This document shows positions 43,360-49,715 of a stretch of DNA of 49,715 bases, piece after piece. The DNA is taken from positions 1 to 49,715 of the forward strand of contig JAQURY010000003.1 in NCBI GenBank assembly GCA_028715395.1, in the 5' to 3' direction. The stretch comes from Minisyncoccota bacterium (GTDB lineage Bacteria; Patescibacteriota; Minisyncoccia; UBA6257; 02-FULL-45-10c). Made by a program: the position numbers and the translations under genes. A model generated the notes under the pieces. The model saw only the letters and a list, made by a program, of their open reading frames with translations. It was not told the origin of the DNA and did not search any database. Positions within the stretch are counted from its first letter, which is position 1. Every line of letters starts with the position of its first letter.

Positions 43360-45039
43360 ATGCGTATGTTTATCAAAAATCAGCTAAATAAATTCACGGA
43401 AAAAATAGAAAAATTGATAGACAGGGAAGTGAATTGGACTTCGGCGGCGCTTTTGATGTTTTCTGTCAGTTTCATCAGGCTTTTTTTGGAGGCCTATTCC
43501 AGTCCCGGCTATCAGGGATATTTTTTTTCCGGTTACTCGACTTTTTTGCACGCCCCCCTTCTTTTTATCGCGATATTTCTTTCGTTGATGATACTAACGA
43601 TATGTTTCGTTAAGTTGGAATTCAATAAATCGGTAAATTTAGTAGTTCTTTTTTCTTCAATAATCATGACCCCGCCAATAACGGACCTTATCGTAACGGG
43701 CGGCAAAGGCATGGGAATCGCTTACGTCTTTTTTTCCAATTTCAAAGAAGGGCTTTACGACTTCCTCGCTTTTTTCGGAAAAATTGTTGATCCTGGAATT
43801 AATTATGGAATTAGGCTTGAAGTTTTTATAATCTTGGCCGGTTTCGGATATCTCGTTTATCTTAAAAGCAAAAATATTAAAAAAGTAATTTTGGGAATAT
43901 TGATTTGTTACGCGATTTTCTTTTTCTATCTTACTTTCCCGAGCATATTCGCCATTTTATTCGGATCAAGCGAGTCTTTTGCGGCTTATCAGGAAATGGG
44001 CATGAGATTCCCCGTTTGGGGAGTTTTGCACGACATGTTTTCTTCCAGCTTGCTTAACGGAGTTCACACTATGAAAGATTTGCCGCAAGACCCGTTTTTA
44101 TTGATGGATCAGCAGCTTGATATTTTCGGGACGCGCATAGGATGGCTGTTGCTGGTTTTCCAGAGCGCCTGGCTTTTTTACTTGGGCAACAAGCAGGCTT
44201 TTAATGCCTGGCGGAAAAATTTGCGTTGGGAAAGAACGATTTATTACATATTTATAAGCATCATAGGCATCGCTCTCGGTTTTCAATTTTTGCCGGCCGG
44301 AAATTTGTTTAATTTTGTTGATATTCTGGGATTCATGGTTTTTTTCATTTCAATAGCGCTAAGTTTTTGGCTGGCGGTAGGCATCAATGACATATATGAC
44401 ACGAAAACCGACGGCATCAGCAGTCCGGACAGGCCATTAATTGCGGGGACTCTTACGGTTAAGCAGCAAAATATGATAAACGCTTTTCTATTTTTATTTA
44501 TTGTCACCGGATTCGCGCTGACAAATTATCTGGTGCTGATTTTATTTTTAATGTTTCAGGCGGTTTATTTTATTTACTCGGTTCCGCCGCTCCGTTTCAA
44601 AAGAGTTTTCGGTTTGTCTTCTTTATTGGTGGGAGCCAACGCTTTGCTGGCGATGATGGCAGGTTTTTATTTGGTGGCGCCGATTCAAAAAATATCTTTT
44701 TTCCCTCCGCACATATTGGCGATGGTGCTGATAGGATTTACTATGGCTGTTAATATAAGAGACATTAAGGATTATGAAGGCGACAAAGCCGAAAACATAA
44801 AAACTATCCCCGTAGTTTTTGGCTTGGAAAAAGGAAAGGTAATTATCGGATTTATGTCGGCCTTGGCATTGGTGCTGGTTGCTTTATTGACCAAATATAA
44901 AGGCATAGCAAATCCGTCTTTGATTTTTTCCCCGATTATATTTTTCCTTATTAATCGTAAAAATTACAACGAATTGTTTATTTTTGGCGCTTTTTTCCTT
45001 TACGCGATTGTTTGCGTGGCTATGCTGATTATTTATTAG
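43360..45039 (+). CDS. polytopic membrane protein: unknown ~280-aa N-terminal TM domain fused to a UbiA-family prenyltransferase domain
   Basis: Asp-rich motifs NDIYDTKTDGISSPDRPL and DIKDYEGDKAENIKTIP lie in the C-terminal half. The whole protein is hydrophobic. Confidence 0.7.
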   Translation: MRMFIKNQLNKFTEKIEKLIDREVNWTSAALLMFSVSFIRLFLEAYSSPGYQGYFFSGYSTFLHAPLLFIAIFLSLMILTICFVKLEFNKSVNLVVLFSSIIMTPPITDLIVTGGKGMGIAYVFFSNFKEGLYDFLAFFGKIVDPGINYGIRLEVFIILAGFGYLVYLKSKNIKKVILGILICYAIFFFYLTFPSIFAILFGSSESFAAYQEMGMRFPVWGVLHDMFSSSLLNGVHTMKDLPQDPFLLMDQQLDIFGTRIGWLLLVFQSAWLFYLGNKQAFNAWRKNLRWERTIYYIFISIIGIALGFQFLPAGNLFNFVDILGFMVFFISIALSFWLAVGINDIYDTKTDGISSPDRPLIAGTLTVKQQNMINAFLFLFIVTGFALTNYLVLILFLMFQAVYFIYSVPPLRFKRVFGLSSLLVGANALLAMMAGFYLVAPIQKISFFPPHILAMVLIGFTMAVNIRDIKDYEGDKAENIKTIPVVFGLEKGKVIIGFMSALALVLVALLTKYKGIANPSLIFSPIIFFLINRKNYNELFIFGAFFLYAIVCVAMLIIY

Positions 45040-45102
45040 AGCAGCAAGTATTTTCAGAAAAACAAAAAGCGGCTTTTGCCGCGATAATTCGAGATTTTAA
45101 AT

Positions 45103-45177
45103 TGGCGCCCCCAGCAGGAATCGAACCCACATCAATGCCTTAGAAGAGCACTGCTCTATCCATTGAGCTATGGGGGC
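45103..45177 (-). tRNA. tRNA-Arg (UCU), CCA encoded
   Basis: Acceptor GCCCCCA/TGGGGGC, anticodon arm GTGCT-CTTCTAA-GGCAT. Confidence 0.88.
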
Positions 45178-45234
45178 GTAAATTGATTTCGGACAATTCT
45201 ATGATATTATTTTATTGAAATAATTTCAATTCTT

Positions 45235-45305
45235 CGGAGTGTAGTATAACGGTAGTATATATGCTTTGGGAGCATACGGCCTGGGTTCGACTCCCAGCAC
45301 TCCGA
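45235..45305 (+). tRNA. tRNA-Pro (UGG)
   Basis: Acceptor CGGAGTG/CACTCCG (C1:G72), A73, anticodon arm TATGC-TTTGGGA-GCATA. Confidence 0.88.
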
Positions 45306-45329
45306 CAAATTTTAAGATATAATTAGCAT

Positions 45330-46352
45330 ATGCATAAAATTATTTCCTTCGTATTAGCGGAAAGTTCAAAGCCGAAGAAGGGTGAGGCTTTGACGATTTC
45401 AGCTATTAAAAGTGCTCCGCATTATTTTGAGGCGTCCGTTCCCGTACAGTCAATTTTGAAAGAAACAAAAGACGAATTGAACGGAAAAGAGGTGGATGTA
45501 AAAATAAAATTCTATCAGCCGGATGTTTTGCTTGTTGAGGCGGAGATTGATATAGAAGACGTTTTTGCTAATGGAACTTTGGATATAAAAGCGAAATTGC
45601 TGGACATCTGCTACAAATATGTAAAGAAAAACGGCGGCAATGAAGAGTTAAGCGAAGAATATGCCATATATGTTGTCTCTAAATATGAAGGAGATCCGGA
45701 ACAATTTTTAATACATTCCAATAAAATTGCGGGATTGCTTAAGTCGGAAAAATTATCGCTGGCGGAACAGGAGATCCAGCATACTTTGTCTTTCCAGCTT
45801 AAATATGAAAAAGGAGACCTTACTATTATCGATTGGGATGGCGCTTTTATTTTTGACAGGGACGGCGCGGAAATCGGCGAAGATTTAGAACTTTGCGAAT
45901 TGGCGAATTATCAATTGCTTAAACACAGGATTTTAGATCGCGATTTGGATGAACGCTCTCAAAAAATAGTTAAGCTTATCAAAAAAGAACAGCCTAAATC
46001 GTTAATTCTTGGGGCTGGCGGAGTAAATCAAGCCTTTAAAGAGGTAATAGATATTCGTTCCCGCGCCATTGCGGAGTTTGAATCAATGGATAGGGATATA
46101 AAATTAATTGGCGACTGGTATTCTGCGCGTTTTTATGACTTACTCCATAAGAAACTTCGTTTGCACGAATGGCATCAGACCATTAAAGAAAAATTGGATT
46201 CTTTAGAAGATGCTTACTCAATAGTTTCGGAAAATTTAGGATTTTCTCATACTCAACAATTGGAAAGATTGCAGATCAGATTATGGTTTATTCTCCAGGC
46301 CGGTTGGCTAGTTTTGATAGTTTTGGAATTTCTGGCGTTTTTTAAAGATTAG
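45330..46352 (+). CDS. hypothetical protein with a C-terminal TM helix (possibly RMD1/DUF155-like)
   Basis: 340 aa with a C-terminal LWFILQAGWLVLIVLEFLAFF. The family assignment comes from overall pattern only. Confidence 0.45.
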   Translation: MHKIISFVLAESSKPKKGEALTISAIKSAPHYFEASVPVQSILKETKDELNGKEVDVKIKFYQPDVLLVEAEIDIEDVFANGTLDIKAKLLDICYKYVKKNGGNEELSEEYAIYVVSKYEGDPEQFLIHSNKIAGLLKSEKLSLAEQEIQHTLSFQLKYEKGDLTIIDWDGAFIFDRDGAEIGEDLELCELANYQLLKHRILDRDLDERSQKIVKLIKKEQPKSLILGAGGVNQAFKEVIDIRSRAIAEFESMDRDIKLIGDWYSARFYDLLHKKLRLHEWHQTIKEKLDSLEDAYSIVSENLGFSHTQQLERLQIRLWFILQAGWLVLIVLEFLAFFKD

Positions 46353-46374
46353 AGTTAAGATATTCTTTAATTAT

Positions 46375-46448
46375 GGGCCTATAGTAAAGTGGTATTACGC
46401 GGCATTCGCATTGCTGAGGCGGGAGTTCGATTCTCCCTAGGTCCACCA
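46375..46448 (+). tRNA. tRNA-Ala (CGC), CCA encoded
   Basis: Acceptor GGGCCTA/TAGGTCC with G3:U70, anticodon loop TTCGCAT. Confidence 0.88.
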
Positions 46449-46473
46449 CGGATTTTTCAGATATAATTAAAAA

Positions 46474-48006
46474 ATGGCAACAGCCAAAAAAATAACCATT
46501 TTAATACCCGTTCTCTTGCTGGTTTTTTATGGATTTTTTCTGACGCACAAAACAAATCTGATAACGGCGGATTTGGGGCGGCATTTGAAAAACGGGCAGG
46601 AATTTTTCCAGAATTTTTCCGTCAATGAAACTAATTTATATTCTTATACCCAGCCGGATTATCCGACCATAAATCATCATTGGGCGAGCGGAGCCGTATT
46701 TTATCTGGCATACAAATATTTTGGATTTTCGGGCCTTTCAATATTTTTTATAATTTTAAGTTTACTGACATTTCTGATATTTTTCAGAGTTGCGTACAGA
46801 AGGGTGGGAATGGGGGTTGCCGGATTGGTGGCTCTGCCAGCTATCGGCCTTATGGCGTCGCGGATTGAAATCCGGCCGGAGACATTCAGCTATTTATTCG
46901 CGGGAATATTCCTTCTTGTTTTATGGGGATTCAGGGATGGAATTATTTCTTACCGCCAGCTTCTTGTTCTGCCGGTTTTGCAGATTTTTTGGGTGAATCT
47001 TCATATATATTTCTTTTTGGGGCCGCTTTTAATCGGGGTATTTTTGCTAAGAAGCCTGATTGTGGAAAACTTGCGCGATCAATCCCGCAAATTATTCAAT
47101 ATTTTAAGCTTTACCGCCTTGGCTTGCCTTGTTAATCCCGCGGGTCTTGCCGGAGCGCTTGTGCCTTTCAATATATTCAGGGATTACGGCTACGCGCTTT
47201 ATGAAAATCAGACAGTCTGGTTTATAGAAAACTTTTTGGGCCAGCCATCTTTTTATATTCTTAAAGCCGTTACGGCTCTTTTGGCGATTAGCTTTTTGCT
47301 GGTTTTATTTAAAAAGAAAAATTTTGCGATGATAAATTTTATGGTAGGAATTATTTTTGTCGGCATGGCCTGGCTGGCGGTGCGCAATATCGCGCTGCTC
47401 GGATTTTTTGCTTTGCCCATTCTTTCTACCAATATCGGCAGAGCTTTTGAAAATGAAATCAAAGAGCATTCTTTGGCAATTGATTTGTCGGCGCTGGCTG
47501 CGATTGTGATAGTTTTAATTGCGGCAATTTCCGGAAGCTGGCAATATAATTTTTCCGATTGGCGGCAGATGGGCATCGGATTGGAACAGGGGAATTCCGC
47601 AGCCGCCGATTTTATCAAAAAAGAAAATATCAAAGGACCGATATTCAACGATTACGATATCGGCGGATATTTAATTTTTCATTTATATCCGCAGGAAAAA
47701 GTTTTTGTCGATAATCGGCCCGAAGCATACGGAGCGGATTTTTTCAAAAATACTTATATACCGATGCAAAATGACGAAAAAAAATGGAAACAGGTGGAAG
47801 AAAAATATAAATTAAACGCCATTGTTTTTTCGGTTACCGATGTCGGCGAAGGGGCGCAAGGATTTTTGATAAAACGGATTGCTGACCCGGGGTGGGCGCC
47901 GGTTTTTACGGATGGGCAAATTATCATTTTTCTTAAAAGAATCGATTTGAATAAGCAGATTATTCAGAAATACGAAATTCCGAAAAGCAATTTTGGAATA
48001 AAATAG
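46474..48006 (+). CDS. large polytopic membrane protein with a C-terminal soluble domain (GT-C-like architecture)
   Basis: 510 aa with roughly 10 or more hydrophobic segments, then a ~150-aa hydrophilic tail. The function is inferred only from architecture. Confidence 0.45.
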   Translation: MATAKKITILIPVLLLVFYGFFLTHKTNLITADLGRHLKNGQEFFQNFSVNETNLYSYTQPDYPTINHHWASGAVFYLAYKYFGFSGLSIFFIILSLLTFLIFFRVAYRRVGMGVAGLVALPAIGLMASRIEIRPETFSYLFAGIFLLVLWGFRDGIISYRQLLVLPVLQIFWVNLHIYFFLGPLLIGVFLLRSLIVENLRDQSRKLFNILSFTALACLVNPAGLAGALVPFNIFRDYGYALYENQTVWFIENFLGQPSFYILKAVTALLAISFLLVLFKKKNFAMINFMVGIIFVGMAWLAVRNIALLGFFALPILSTNIGRAFENEIKEHSLAIDLSALAAIVIVLIAAISGSWQYNFSDWRQMGIGLEQGNSAAADFIKKENIKGPIFNDYDIGGYLIFHLYPQEKVFVDNRPEAYGADFFKNTYIPMQNDEKKWKQVEEKYKLNAIVFSVTDVGEGAQGFLIKRIADPGWAPVFTDGQIIIFLKRIDLNKQIIQKYEIPKSNFGIK

Positions 48007-48138
48007 CGTTTTTCCTCCTAATAATATTTATTAACATGGCTGGTTTGGGCTGGCCTGCCAATTTGTTATAATAAACATAAGCTTTATTTTTTAAAGCAAA
48101 AGGTCGGCTATTTTAATTAATTCAAAAATTAAAAATAA

Positions 48139-48825
48139 ATGGTTGTTCAAACTTGGGGAGATGTTTTGAAAGCATCTTTTGAAAATTTGTGGGCTCAAGT
48201 ATTCGGCTGGCTGCCGTCTCTCGTTGGCGCGATAATTGTTTTTATCGCCGGATTGATTGTTGCCTGGTTTTTGGCTTATGCGGTTGAGAAAGCTATCGCC
48301 GCCATAAAGCTTGATTCTTTGCTGAAAAAATTTGGGCTGGAAGAATATACCAAGCGCGCTGACATTAATTTGGATTCCGGAAAATTCATGGGCCAGTTAG
48401 TTTATTGGTTCTTGTTGGTTGTGGTCTTATTGGCTACTTCCGATATTCTTGGATTCTTCGCTTTGTCTGCGTTCTTGAGGGACGTCATTATGTATTTGCC
48501 TAACATTATAACCGCGGTCTTGATAATGGTTTTTGCGCTGATCGCCGGAAATGTTGTTGGACGAATAGTGCGCGCTTCAGTAATGGGCGCGAAGCTGCAT
48601 ATGGCGAAATTCTTGGGATCGGCGACGAGATGGGTAATCGTGATTTTCGGACTTCTGACTGCTTTGTCGGAATTGGGAATCGCGGTAGCTATCATCAATA
48701 CCTTGATTACCGGAATTATTGCCATGATCGCTATTGCCGGAGGCCTTGCTTTTGGCTTGGGCGGTAAAGATGAAGCGGCTCAAATGATCAGAGAAGTCCA
48801 CGAAGAATTGAAAGGCAATAAATAA
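48139..48825 (+). CDS. polytopic membrane protein (conserved TM-helix repeat / small mechanosensitive-channel-related type)
   Basis: 228 aa with repeated hydrophobic helices. The family call is tentative. Confidence 0.45.
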   Translation: MVVQTWGDVLKASFENLWAQVFGWLPSLVGAIIVFIAGLIVAWFLAYAVEKAIAAIKLDSLLKKFGLEEYTKRADINLDSGKFMGQLVYWFLLVVVLLATSDILGFFALSAFLRDVIMYLPNIITAVLIMVFALIAGNVVGRIVRASVMGAKLHMAKFLGSATRWVIVIFGLLTALSELGIAVAIINTLITGIIAMIAIAGGLAFGLGGKDEAAQMIREVHEELKGNK

Positions 48826-48846
48826 GATTTGATTTCGTTTTAAACT

Positions 48847-48879
48847 AAAAAACTTTTGCTGTGAGGGCAAAGGTTTTTT
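48847..48879 (+). terminator. intrinsic terminator
   Basis: aaaaaacttttgc-tgtgagg-gcaaaggtttttt. Confidence 0.75.
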
Positions 48880-48983
48880 AGTTTTTAGGGGGATTTGACG
48901 TGAATAAGGCCATTAACCCCATGCCTTTAAAAGAGCGGATTTACTGGTGTTTTTGTTATCAACACTCTTACAAAGGCGCGGGG

Positions 48984-49011
48984 TTGACAGCTTTTATTGA
49001 ATGTATATAAT
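48984..49011 (+). promoter_or_regulatory. consensus sigma-70-type promoter (TTGACA-16 nt-TATAAT)
   Basis: TTGACA at 48984-48989 and TATAAT at 49006-49011, about 430 nt upstream of the 23S 5' end. Confidence 0.6.
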
Positions 49012-49098
49012 AGTACTTACATAAATGAATACCGTTTTACATATAGAAATCGCGGCCCCGGGGACAGGTTCGTAAATTTTGATTGACTTTGAAGCAAG

Positions 49099-49119
49099 CC
49101 GCGCAAGACGCGGTTTTTT
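49099..49119 (+). terminator. candidate terminator/attenuator hairpin in the 23S upstream region
   Basis: ccgcg-caaga-cgcgg followed by tttttt. Confidence 0.4.
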
Positions 49120-49440
49120 ATTCCATCGGCCCCTCTGAATTTTTTAAAATGATTTAAAAAATCTGTGAGTGGCGGATAGAAACGGTTGCGCGACTGCAGT
49201 TTGAAAATGTGCGTTCGGGAAACCGGACAAACTAAATAGGAAAAAATGTTTGGGAAAAATATTTTTTCCATTTATTGATATATCAACAATGTTTCGCATT
49301 TTCTAGGTGTGTCAATAAAACCCGCGCATGAAAAATTGTGCGCGGTAGTTAAGATTTATATGTGGATAAATCGTTCCATAAACTTATTGATAAGAATCAG
49401 CGTAAGTTTTGGAATCAACAAAATAAATACTGACTTAAGA

Positions 49441-49715
49441 GGTCAGCGTGCGCTTTGCGCACAAATTAAGGGCGTATGGTGGATGCCTTGGCATTAAATG
49501 GCGATGAAGGACGTGGCGTAGCTGCGATAAGCTTCGGGGAGGTGCTTAGCAACCTTTGATCCGGAGATGTCCGAATGGGAAAACCTAATTGCGTAAACCG
49601 CAATTGTTCCGACTTAAAAAATCGGTTCGCGTATCTACTGAAGTGAAACATCTCAGTAAGTAGAAGAATATAAAACAACAGTGATTTCCTAAGTAGCGGC
49701 GAGCGAAAGGGAATG
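49441..49715 (+). rRNA. rrl: 23S ribosomal RNA, 5' end (partial; runs off the window; start +/- 30 nt)
   Basis: AAGGGCGTATGGTGGATGCCTTGGCA...GATGAAGGACGTG...TCCGAATGGG...GTGAAACATCTCAGTA...AGTAGCGGCGAGCGAAAGGG are universal 23S domain I segments. Confidence 0.92.

Noticed and set aside
49017-49271. The 84-aa minus-strand ORF, plus 49309-49497(+) and 49466-49678(-), near the rRNA gene.
   Set aside because: The translations are junk-like with no RBS. The latter two overlap the 23S rRNA 5' domain, and the first lies in the rRNA leader.

Overview
A gene-dense, roughly 40% GC bacterial fragment, read with the standard code (TGA is used as a stop at 12005-12007, 27294-27296 and 40691-40693). It is dominated by translation and cell-envelope housekeeping genes: rsmE, dut, tgt-queA, tig-clpP, tyrS, infB-rbfA, valS, tsaD, def-fmt, rpmA and lepA. 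These are interleaved with 13 canonical tRNA genes, one atypical 108-nt tRNA-like gene, and the 5' end of a 23S rRNA gene with no 16S gene upstream. Short housekeeping proteins, many small or Pro-rich membrane proteins, a giant type IV pilin-like protein and few biosynthetic genes suggest a streamlined Candidate Phyla Radiation/Patescibacteria-type organism; this is inference only. The regions most worth a second look are listed here. (1) An AT-rich island at 10.9-14.3 kb beside tRNA-Gly carries a translationally coupled Ser/Thr kinase + large TPR protein, facing an XRE regulator + small ORF. (2) A 108-nt tRNA-like gene downstream of tRNA-Phe has a tRNA-Pro-like acceptor stem and about 36 extra nucleotides. 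(3) A perfect 34-46 bp palindrome occurs three times in intergenic DNA. (4) A 644-aa pilin has five GNVGIGT repeats and a Cys-rich C-terminus, downstream of a sugar transferase. (5) Two duplicated tRNA-Gly loci share a roughly 70-nt leader, and one copy has a U55C T-loop. (6) There are several orphan or fusion proteins: a DnaJ-type zinc-finger protein, a UbiA fusion and a 20-codon Lys-rich micro-ORF. No CRISPR array, integrase, transposase or reverse transcriptase was seen. All calls come from reading the sequence and ORF translations by eye; no searches were run.
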